This document shows, in pieces, positions 47,084 to 54,762 of a DNA stretch of 54,762 nt. The stretch's first letter is position 1; each line of letters begins with the position of its first letter. The stretch comes from Myxococcota bacterium (GTDB lineage: Bacteria > Myxococcota_C > UBA6777): NCBI GenBank assembly GCA_023150835.1, contig JAKLKB010000063.1:1-54762 (forward strand), read 5' to 3'. Both the position numbers and the translations under genes were made by a program. Below the pieces are notes generated by a model, which did no database searches, was not told the DNA's origin, and was given only the letters and a program-made list of their open reading frames with translations.

Positions 47084-47491
47084 ATGAAACATCTTCTCAA
47101 AGTATTTGTTCTCTCCTTCTTGGGACTTGGTTTGTTCCTTTCCGATATGCCACAAGCCGAAGCTGGAAGCCGCCACAAACGCGCCATGTCTTCCCGAGGC
47201 CGCGCTCGCGTCAACGCTCGAAAAGCCCAACGCGCCCGCATCAACGCTCGTGTCCGCCATCGCGCCGCTGTTCGCCGCGCAAACAATCGCGCTCGTCGCC
47301 GTGCCGTTGTCCGTCGCGCCGCTGTCCGTCGCGCTGTCCGTCGTGCCGCTGTCCGTCGCTCTGTCCGTCGCTCTGTCCGTCGCTCTGTCCGTCGTGCCGC
47401 TGTCCGTCGCTCTGTCCGTCGTGCCGCTGTCCGTCGCTCTGTCCGTCGTGCCGCTGTCCGTCGTGCTGTTGTCCGTCGTTCCCGCCGCTGA
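47084..47491 (+). CDS. Secreted extremely Arg-rich (protamine-like) repeat protein
   Basis: AAGGAG RBS; 27-aa signal peptide ending AEA; mature part has 45 Arg in 108 aa, 14 VRR units and no Asp/Glu. Confidence 0.75.
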   Translation: MKHLLKVFVLSFLGLGLFLSDMPQAEAGSRHKRAMSSRGRARVNARKAQRARINARVRHRAAVRRANNRARRRAVVRRAAVRRAVRRAAVRRSVRRSVRRSVRRAAVRRSVRRAAVRRSVRRAAVRRAVVRRSRR

Positions 47492-47533
47492 TCTCACAAA
47501 AACTTTCCCCGCCCTTCCCACTGCCGTGACTTA

Positions 47534-47643
47534 TACGATATCCGCAAGATGTGTGATCGAAGGATCATGCGTAGATGCCCTACGGTTGGGCAGCCACAGG
47601 GGTCTGCCTACGTTTTACGATTACACGATGGGCGGATTTCGTA
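47534..47643 (+). repeat. MITE-like element with REP hairpin (tandem copy 1)
   Basis: TACGATATCCG...GGGCAGCCACAGGGGTCTGCCTAC...CGGATTTCGTA; very similar to 10119-10230. Confidence 0.85.
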
Positions 47644-47646
47644 TGA

Positions 47647-47757
47647 TACGATATCCGTAAGAAGCGTACACAAAGCATCATTCGGAGACGCCCGATAATC
47701 GGGCAGCCACAGAGGGCTGCCTACATTTTTACGATCACACGATGGGCGGATTTCGTA
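47647..47757 (+). repeat. MITE-like element with REP hairpin (tandem copy 2)
   Basis: Separated from copy 1 by only TGA; same TIRs and REP core. Confidence 0.85.
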
Positions 47758-47786
47758 TCACAAGGGTGCTTTCGCTGCACAAAGTC

Positions 47787-48659
47787 TCAATCGACCGATT
47801 CTTCACCACCCGCCACACCACCTTGCGTTTCGTCATCCATCGAAACGATCGCCATCTCGTCGGCTTCGGTCGCTTCTTCTGGATGCAACAACTCGATCGG
47901 CTCTCCGTACAACACCCGATTGTGTGGCGTAATCTCCACATCGATCAAACGCATCATCGTCCGATAATCGGCAGATTGCGCACGACCAAGCCGCGTCAGA
48001 TCCATCGCCATCCCAAGGTCAGGCAGCGCCGAAAGATCCGCCCGAACAGGACGACACAGATCACGCGGCCACGTCCCTTTCCATCGACGGTTCGGACAAC
48101 AAGGCATCACCAAAAACGGCTCCCGCCTCCTGATCGCCACCGCGATGATCGCATCGGTCAGCTCGCCACATGCGTGACAGCCCATCCAAAAAAAGCGCTG
48201 CCCATCCAACACGGGGTCTTCTTGCACACGCTCGATCCAAGCCCCCAACCGCGTCGGGAGGCGCATCACACGCGAAGAGGCTTGGGGTGACATCTCTGCA
48301 AAGATCGCCGTCAACTCCTCCGAACGGGTCGGTGTGTGCGGATCGATCAAGTACACCGCCCCCAACCGATCTGCCCGCACATACGCCGCCAACAACATCC
48401 CCGTCAAACCGTGACCACACGCGATATCCAAAGCCACCCACGGCCTTTCTTTGTCGAGCCGCTTGATCCGACGTTGCGCAAACCGCGAAAAATACAACGA
48501 CTCAAAAAACTCTTTCTTTGGGAAGTAATGGCGATCGCACAGCCGCAATGCCAAGCGATCCGCAAAACCATCGCTCCCTTCAAAGAACCGACGCTGCCCG
48601 TCCCCTAGCGGATTTCGATTCATCTGGATCATCTGACCGCGATAAAGCATGCCCACCAC
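47787..48659 (-). CDS. SAM-dependent methyltransferase (Methyltransf_32-like)
   Basis: KKEFFES, LDIACGHGLTG motif I, GCHACGELTD, MPCC and ITPHNR motifs. Confidence 0.8.
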   Translation of the reverse strand: MVGMLYRGQMIQMNRNPLGDGQRRFFEGSDGFADRLALRLCDRHYFPKKEFFESLYFSRFAQRRIKRLDKERPWVALDIACGHGLTGMLLAAYVRADRLGAVYLIDPHTPTRSEELTAIFAEMSPQASSRVMRLPTRLGAWIERVQEDPVLDGQRFFWMGCHACGELTDAIIAVAIRRREPFLVMPCCPNRRWKGTWPRDLCRPVRADLSALPDLGMAMDLTRLGRAQSADYRTMMRLIDVEITPHNRVLYGEPIELLHPEEATEADEMAIVSMDDETQGGVAGGEESVD

Positions 48660-48674
48660 TCCTCCAACACCGCG

Positions 48675-48989
48675 CTATGACTCGATGGCCCCTGCATCGG
48701 GATTGGGTGTCGCTGCAACACATCCGTCGCCCGTTGCGTTGCACACAAACCCCGCCACACAAGCGTTTTGTGATCCGGGAAAACAACGATACATACACGC
48801 CCCGCCCGGGCCGCAACGTAGCTTATTCGGACAATTCGCATCCGACGCACAACCGCATCCTTCTAAACCCAACCCAAACACCATCATCAGTCCCCAAGCC
48901 GCCAACCCCATCCACCCTACGCGGATTTTTTTCCGAACGGGCCGATGCTTCCGCTCTATTCGATGGGGCGCGACCTCATATCCCGCCAT
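48675..48989 (-). CDS. Small Cys-rich putative lipoprotein
   Basis: Basic then hydrophobic segment and LEGC, followed by CASDANC...C...C...C...C...C...C. The start codon is uncertain. Confidence 0.55.
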   Translation of the reverse strand: MAGYEVAPHRIERKHRPVRKKIRVGWMGLAAWGLMMVFGLGLEGCGCASDANCPNKLRCGPGGACMYRCFPGSQNACVAGFVCNATGDGCVAATPNPDAGAIES

Positions 48990-49340
48990 CGAGCACTGCC
49001 CCCTTGGTCCCATGTCGGCGAAAAGATCTTCGCTTTTAACACCCACGACTCTGTCGCTTGAACGGGCGAAAACACGAAGGCTTTTGGCCACCGCGTCACT
49101 CTTTTTCCTCGTTGCTCGGCGCTCCACTCGATCACCCTCCACATCGCACACCCCAAGACGCCTCGATACATCGCTCGATTCGAACCTTTTGCATCCACAA
49201 GCAAACGCCCACCGACGAAAAAAGAACCTCTCTCGCCGTGACGTGCCTTGTTTGCTATCTTGATCCGATCCGCACGTCAAGGCGCTCCCAGAAAACAAAC
49301 CAATCCGTCTTTCCGACCCTCTACGAAAAACGAGCCACCC

Positions 49341-50420
49341 ATGAAACCAAACATATCCCAAAACCGCCGACACCTCGCCATCTCAGTTGTTCTGTTGTCC
49401 ATCTTCTTGGTTTGGTGGCAACGCCCTTCGCCTCCCCCAAAAACCGCCAAAGATCTCCCCTCTCGGCAGTTGCGCATCCTCCGCGCAGCCACCCCGTCCC
49501 CCATCACAGCAGATCGATCGCGCTCCGCACCACCCCAACGCCCCTTGCTGCAACCTCCGATCAACCGCGCATGGCAAGCACAACTCCGCAAAAGTATCCG
49601 TCAGATCGATCGCGAGATGTTGAAAACCGCCGAATACTGGGGGCGATTTCCAGATGGATCTTCCTTGGTCGCCCTGCGCCAACCTCACCCGCCCCACAAA
49701 CACCCCCACGCAGAACGACCCGCTGGGTTTAAGCTATGGCGGGCTTCCCCGCGCAGCGGCCTCGCACCGATCTCCCTCGATCTCGAAGTCGGAACCGCTC
49801 GCATCGACCCAAAACACGGGCGGATCGTCGCAGTCACCCCACACCAAGAGATCTTGATCTCTGCCCCCGATGGAAAAGAACCTTTTACCTCCATCGGCCA
49901 ACAATCCGGGTATTTCCCTTCGTGGAAAGAAGATGGCTCGCAGCTTCTTTTCAGCCAAAAACAGGACATGATCTCGCAAAGCCTTCAGATCTACGATCTC
50001 CAGTCCAAAGCTATCCGACAGCTTCTTGCCCAAGAACCCGGTCTCGCACAGCCGATCTGGTCTCCACGCGGTGACGCTGTCATCTTCATCTCCACACGGA
50101 CAGGCATCGCTTCCCTCTGGCGGCTCGATCTCTCCCAAACAACACCCCGCCAAATCACCAACCAAGGCCTCTCTCTCGGACAAGGACTCCCCGCACAATT
50201 CGTCCCACCACCTCACCTTGGACGCATCCTTTGGGCCGGATACTGGCTTGTTTACGACAGCGGAGATGCCCTCTGGGCTGTTCACGACAACGGCCAATCT
50301 CAAAGAAAACTCGCTGACTCCTCTCCGTTGCGCTTCCAATGGACCCTGCCCGGGCAGCAGATCCAATGGATCTCCCCCCCCAACCAACCACACACCGCCA
50401 ACCTTCCGAACCTCCCTTGA
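49341..50420 (+). CDS. Membrane-anchored TolB-like (PD40) beta-propeller protein
   Basis: N-terminal TM; PSWKEDGSQLLFS and PIWSPRGDAVIFISTRTG..SLW repeats. Confidence 0.75.
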   Translation: MKPNISQNRRHLAISVVLLSIFLVWWQRPSPPPKTAKDLPSRQLRILRAATPSPITADRSRSAPPQRPLLQPPINRAWQAQLRKSIRQIDREMLKTAEYWGRFPDGSSLVALRQPHPPHKHPHAERPAGFKLWRASPRSGLAPISLDLEVGTARIDPKHGRIVAVTPHQEILISAPDGKEPFTSIGQQSGYFPSWKEDGSQLLFSQKQDMISQSLQIYDLQSKAIRQLLAQEPGLAQPIWSPRGDAVIFISTRTGIASLWRLDLSQTTPRQITNQGLSLGQGLPAQFVPPPHLGRILWAGYWLVYDSGDALWAVHDNGQSQRKLADSSPLRFQWTLPGQQIQWISPPNQPHTANLPNLP

Positions 50421-50477
50421 CCTCACCTTCCCGATTTTTTTGGCAACAAGTGGCCCCGATCACCCCTCCCAACGCTC

Positions 50478-50587
50478 TCCCACACAAGCCACGCCTCAAG
50501 GCCGAAATCTTGACTTTTATTGGGCAGCCACGAGGGGCTGCCCCTACAGATCCCACACAAGCCACGCCTCAAGGCCGAAATCTTGAC
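50478..50587. repeat. Perfect 37-bp direct repeats flanking a 36-bp REP-containing spacer
   Basis: TCCCACACAAGCCACGCCTCAAGGCCGAAATCTTGAC at 50478-50514 and 50551-50587; the spacer contains GGGCAGCCACGAGGGGCTGCCCCTAC. Confidence 0.85.
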
Positions 50588-50669
50588 CCCTTCCCACCGA
50601 GTATGCTACCAACAAAAGCCTGTTTTTTGCTTTCTCGCTTTTTCCATCACAACAAAGGCTCATGCGCTT

Positions 50670-52319
50670 ATGATCTGCCCACGATGTGGCCACCCCAACC
50701 TGCCTGATCGGAAATCTTGTAGCCTGTGCAACACCCCGCTACAAGGCGTTGTCGCGTCGCGTACTTCCAGCGGTTCGATGTCTTCCTTGCACTCCCCACC
50801 CATCGAACCGTTTGCCCCGATCACACGGCCCAAAGTCGACACCCTCGTCGAACCTGCGCACCCTTTTGATCCCGAAGCCACCTACCCTCATTCAAACTTT
50901 CATTCCCCCCCTCATCCACCCGCTCCCTCCGACGCCTACGACGACAACGAGATCACTTTCGCAGGAAACGCCCAAAAACGGGCTTCCGCCAACAGACCGA
51001 GCGATCCCAACCTCGAATGGGATATGTCCGAGATCAGCGACCTTGTCCCCCTGCCTTCTTCGCTCGAACGCGACACCCTCCCCAAAGGCACCGACACACA
51101 CCTCGGACCCCAAGAACCCCAAACCACCGAAAAACACACCGCACCCGGGATGCTGCCTTACCCCGCCGCTACACCGCTCCGCCGCGACTCCATCGAAATG
51201 ACCGTCTCCACCAAAGGAATCCCCACCGATCACCGACTCAACGAAGAATACGGCTTCGACATCGACAACACTCCTCAACAGCCCCCTCCCCCCCCACGCA
51301 GCCCCTTACGCGACACCACACCACGCCCCACCAAACACAGCGAACACACCTTCGCACAGGCTCGCCCCCTCCATGATCACCACGCCACAGACGCCCACTA
51401 CAACGTCTCCGACCCCACAGACGCCCACTACAACGTCTCTGGCCCCACAGAAGAAGTCTCGAAAGACCAAATCCTCCAAGGACTCACCGTTCCTGCCGTT
51501 CCCTCCGCTTCTTTCACCCAACGGCCCGAACCCCCTCCCACCCTCGAAGAACCCAACCCGCTCCGTACCTCTTCCCGACAAACTCCTCCCCTTCAGACCC
51601 CCCCGATCAGCGCACTCCCGCCTTCGCAACCACCGTCATACAAAGAACAGATCGCCCCGATCCAAGACAACCCTTCTCCTCTTCTCCCAAACACCGCACA
51701 ACCAGATACGTCGCTTTTGCAACAAGACTCTCCAATAAATAACATCCGCCCCGAACAACCGACCCTTCGAGACGAACCTATGACTGCCCACGCCCCAGCC
51801 CTTTCACGCAAACCACTCCCCAAACCCCGCATCAAACCCAACTTTGTCTTCGCTGCGCAACTCACTCTCCCCTCCCTCTGGAGACGCGCCCTCGCCGCAT
51901 TTATCGACCTCTCCTTACTCTCTGGACTCGCTTTCCTCTCCACCCGCCTTTTCGGCCCCGCCCTCGCCAAGTCCCCCCCTCCCGATCTCCACCCGCTCGA
52001 TCTGCTTGTCTTTGTTCTCGAACATTACGGCCAACACGTCAGCTTTGGATTGATCGCCTTTTCTCTCTTGTATATTTTGTATAGTATGCTCGGCTTGCTG
52101 CTTTGGCGCGGTTCGCTTGGCAAGTCTCTCTTGGGACTCGAAGTGCTTGATCGCAGTGGTAAAAAACTCGGTCTTCTCGGCGCAATGGTCCGCTCGATCG
52201 CGTTCTTACCTTCTTTTTTCCTCGGGTTGTTTGGTGTCTTTTGGATCTTGATGGACGGCGAATACCGCAGCCTCTATGATCGTGTCGCTGGTTCCATTGT
52301 GGTCTCCAAACAAAATTAA
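50670..52319 (+). CDS. Zn-ribbon + Pro-rich linker + RDD domain membrane protein
   Basis: MICPRCGH......CSLC; WRRALAAFID, SLGKSLLGLEV and LYDRVAGSIVV RDD motifs. Confidence 0.85.
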   Translation: MICPRCGHPNLPDRKSCSLCNTPLQGVVASRTSSGSMSSLHSPPIEPFAPITRPKVDTLVEPAHPFDPEATYPHSNFHSPPHPPAPSDAYDDNEITFAGNAQKRASANRPSDPNLEWDMSEISDLVPLPSSLERDTLPKGTDTHLGPQEPQTTEKHTAPGMLPYPAATPLRRDSIEMTVSTKGIPTDHRLNEEYGFDIDNTPQQPPPPPRSPLRDTTPRPTKHSEHTFAQARPLHDHHATDAHYNVSDPTDAHYNVSGPTEEVSKDQILQGLTVPAVPSASFTQRPEPPPTLEEPNPLRTSSRQTPPLQTPPISALPPSQPPSYKEQIAPIQDNPSPLLPNTAQPDTSLLQQDSPINNIRPEQPTLRDEPMTAHAPALSRKPLPKPRIKPNFVFAAQLTLPSLWRRALAAFIDLSLLSGLAFLSTRLFGPALAKSPPPDLHPLDLLVFVLEHYGQHVSFGLIAFSLLYILYSMLGLLLWRGSLGKSLLGLEVLDRSGKKLGLLGAMVRSIAFLPSFFLGLFGVFWILMDGEYRSLYDRVAGSIVVSKQN

Positions 52320-52361
52320 CTCACTGACCTTCCCCCAAGCTGTAGGTACAAGAGGTTACAC

Positions 52362-54762
52362 ATGTCGTCTCGCAAGCTGACAAAGCTCCTGACTGAAGCC
52401 GGCCTCCTCCCCGAAGATGCTGCCAACGAATTCCTCCAACAAGAGAAAAACGCCGAACCCCTCACCCTCGATTCCTTGATCTGCAAAAACGGCTTCGCCC
52501 AACCCGTCCAACTCGATCACTTCCTCGCCGAAGCCTTCCGACTCCCCAAAGTCGACCTCCCCCAAGTCCTCTCCCCTCAAAAAGAAGCCCTCGCCCTCCT
52601 CGACGCCGAACAAGTCTCCAAGTTTCAAGTCTTCCCCTACGCCGTCGACGATGAACATCTCTCGATCGTCGCTGCCCTCCCCCTCCGCTTGACTCGCATC
52701 CAAACGCTCAGCGAAACCACAGGCCGAAACCTCAAGATATCCGCACTCAACCAAGTCTACTTTGCCCTTCTTGCCGAGCAATATTACCAAATCGCCCCCC
52801 CCGACGAACTCATCCCCTTGATCGATGAATGGCCTCTCCCTATCCCCGAAGAGGCCGCAGATATGATCTACATCCCTCCCCCCAAAGAAATCAAAAAGAA
52901 AACCAAAACCCTCGGTCGCTCCGAAGACACCGATCCCCACACCAGCGACGAACCCGCCAACGCCTCCGTCGAAGTCTCTGCGGTCTCTCTCCCCGTCAGC
53001 CCTTCTAGCGCTGATCTTCCCGCAAACACCGACCTCTCCGAACCCACTCAAGCCTTCGGCTCCTTTCCCCCCGCCGAATCCGCCCTATCTACCAAGCCCG
53101 AAACGTCCACCGAATCCGCCCTATCTACCAAGCCCGAAACGTCCACCGAATCCGCCCTATCTACCAAGCCCGAAACATCCACCGAATCCGCCCTATCTAC
53201 CAAGCCCGAAACATCCACCGAATCCAGCACACCCGCAAAAACAGCGTCCCCCCCAGAACCCCCCCTAAAAAAACAAGATCCAGCCAAACGTGCCTCCGAA
53301 GAGGCCAAACTTGCGCTGATGGATGTGACGGATATCCTTGGCTTCGAGATGACCGAACTCCTCGGTGGAACCCTACCCGCCCTCCAATTGGACGACCTGC
53401 TCGTTTCCTCTCCTGCGATCTCCACCACAGGCTCGCTCACTGACCTGCCGATCACCTCCCCCATCGAAACAGAAAAGCCCGCAACCACCGAAACAGCGGC
53501 CCCCGTCACCAAAGCCCCGCTCGTCGGATTGGAAAGCATGCCCACCGTGATCCTTCCCTTGGGCGTTTACGAAGCCGAATACCTGTTGCGCAATGCCCAA
53601 ACACGCGATGGCGTCCTTGAGCTGGGCCTGTACTTCTTTGCCACCAAACTCCAACACGCCGCACTGTTCTTGATCCGCAAACAATCCGCCAAAGGTCTCC
53701 GCATGATCGGCCCCGCCGATCTCGACAAAGCCTTCCAAAACATCGAGATATCGCTCGACGCAAGCGCCTTCTTCTCCGCTATGCTCAACGCCCTTGTCCC
53801 CTACAGCGGCTCACCCTCCGAAGACGATGCCGATCGACCTCTGTTTTCCCTCTTCTCGCTACCTCCCAAACACGTCTACCTCTTGCCTGTCCGTGTGCGC
53901 GGTCGTACCGTCGCGATCCTCTACGGACATACCCTCCAAGACGCCCTATCCCACGAAGAATTTGAACAACTCATCCGTTGCACCTACCAGATGGCGCAAT
54001 CCCTTGAACACGTCATCCTTGCCGTCAAAAAGGGCGTCACAGAAGAGTCCACTCCCGTCACACAAGCCCTTGATGCCCTCCGAAAGCACGACGATCTCGC
54101 CCTACGCTCTGTCCTCCAAAACGGACGCAGCGAGATCAACGCCATCGAAGCAGAATCTCTCGCCGCCATCGAGCGCGTCCAGTCCGAAGAAAAACGCATC
54201 GCCCAAGAACGCGCCGAAAAACTCGCTCGCTCCGCAGAACTCGCCCGCGCTGCCCGCGAACAAGCCGCTATCTCAGCCTCCCAAAGCTCCCAAACCACCG
54301 ACTTCCTCGACGCAACCGCCAACCCACCCGACCTCCAAACCTCCACCGACGTCCACTCCTTACACTCTCAAACTGGCGACTTTGCCGCTCCTCGCGCACC
54401 CGCCCCACTCACCCAAACTGGCGACTTTGCCGCAACACCCGCCCCACTCACCCAAACTGGCGACTTTGCCGCAACACCCGCCCCACTCACCCAAACTGGC
54501 GACTTTGCCCAAACACCCCCTCCCGCTCCCGTCACCCAAACCGGCGACTTTGCCCAAACACCCCCTCCCGTCAAAGAAACAGCCGCCTACCTCGACGCCT
54601 TCGTCGTCGATGACGAAACCCGAAAACGGTTCGCCGCACACACGCAAACCACCACCGAGGAAAAAAAAAAGGTAGCGCCTGAGCAAAGCCCTTCTTCCAT
54701 CTCCTCTGAGAAAAATGCGGAGCCTACACCGTTTCAAACAGCCGAACCCAACACGACACCCT
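52362..54762 (+). CDS. Partial (3'-truncated) MshEN/T2SSE_N + GAF-like domain protein, FrgA-like; absent from the supplied ORF track
   Basis: GAGG then ATG at 52362: MSSRKLTKLLTEAGLL...LAEAFRLPKVDL...ALLDAEQVSKFQVFP...LSETTGRNL. Later LLPVRVRGRTVAILYG (GAF-like); 12-aa and 13-aa repeats. The frame stays open to the window end. Confidence 0.8.
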   Translation, partial: MSSRKLTKLLTEAGLLPEDAANEFLQQEKNAEPLTLDSLICKNGFAQPVQLDHFLAEAFRLPKVDLPQVLSPQKEALALLDAEQVSKFQVFPYAVDDEHLSIVAALPLRLTRIQTLSETTGRNLKISALNQVYFALLAEQYYQIAPPDELIPLIDEWPLPIPEEAADMIYIPPPKEIKKKTKTLGRSEDTDPHTSDEPANASVEVSAVSLPVSPSSADLPANTDLSEPTQAFGSFPPAESALSTKPETSTESALSTKPETSTESALSTKPETSTESALSTKPETSTESSTPAKTASPPEPPLKKQDPAKRASEEAKLALMDVTDILGFEMTELLGGTLPALQLDDLLVSSPAISTTGSLTDLPITSPIETEKPATTETAAPVTKAPLVGLESMPTVILPLGVYEAEYLLRNAQTRDGVLELGLYFFATKLQHAALFLIRKQSAKGLRMIGPADLDKAFQNIEISLDASAFFSAMLNALVPYSGSPSEDDADRPLFSLFSLPPKHVYLLPVRVRGRTVAILYGHTLQDALSHEEFEQLIRCTYQMAQSLEHVILAVKKGVTEESTPVTQALDALRKHDDLALRSVLQNGRSEINAIEAESLAAIERVQSEEKRIAQERAEKLARSAELARAAREQAAISASQSSQTTDFLDATANPPDLQTSTDVHSLHSQTGDFAAPRAPAPLTQTGDFAATPAPLTQTGDFAATPAPLTQTGDFAQTPPPAPVTQTGDFAQTPPPVKETAAYLDAFVVDDETRKRFAAHTQTTTEEKKKVAPEQSPSSISSEKNAEPTPFQTAEPNTTP

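Noticed and set aside
54661-54670. A10 run as a frameshift or phase-variation site
   Set aside because: The main frame reads through it as EKKKV with no stop, and there is no evidence of slippage.
53794-54675. 293-aa Pro/Ser-rich ORF, plus the minus-strand ORFs at 52356-54737
   Set aside because: These are out-of-frame or antisense shadows of the ORF that starts at 52362.

Overview
GC-rich bacterial chromosomal segment with about 41 protein-coding genes. The gene content points to Myxococcota or a related deltaproteobacterial lineage (inference): Hanks kinases, PEGA and Cys-rich lipoproteins, an MshEN/FrgA-like protein, an FHA-GAF-adenylate cyclase, a Thg1-like protein and an oxidosqualene cyclase. 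Housekeeping genes include trmB, mutM, suhB, namZ-like, yicC, gmk and dsbD. I saw no rRNA, tRNA, transposase or cas gene. Main observations: (1) a ~110-bp MITE-like family with TACGATATCCG terminal inverted repeats and an internal GTAG-type REP hairpin occurs in 8 copies plus fragments. (2) A second, 230-bp element with its own TIRs has inserted twice, in opposite orientations, at the same position of that REP; it has a 9-bp target duplication and carries a copy of its own target. (3) A perfect 37-bp/36-bp/37-bp repeat-spacer-repeat has the REP as its spacer. (4) A secreted protamine-like protein is 42% Arg. (5) The oxidosqualene cyclase has the cycloartenol-synthase residue triad. (6) A lipoprotein fuses caspase/legumain-like peptidase, PDZ and thioredoxin domains. 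(7) A long MshEN-GAF ORF at the right edge is absent from the ORF track.
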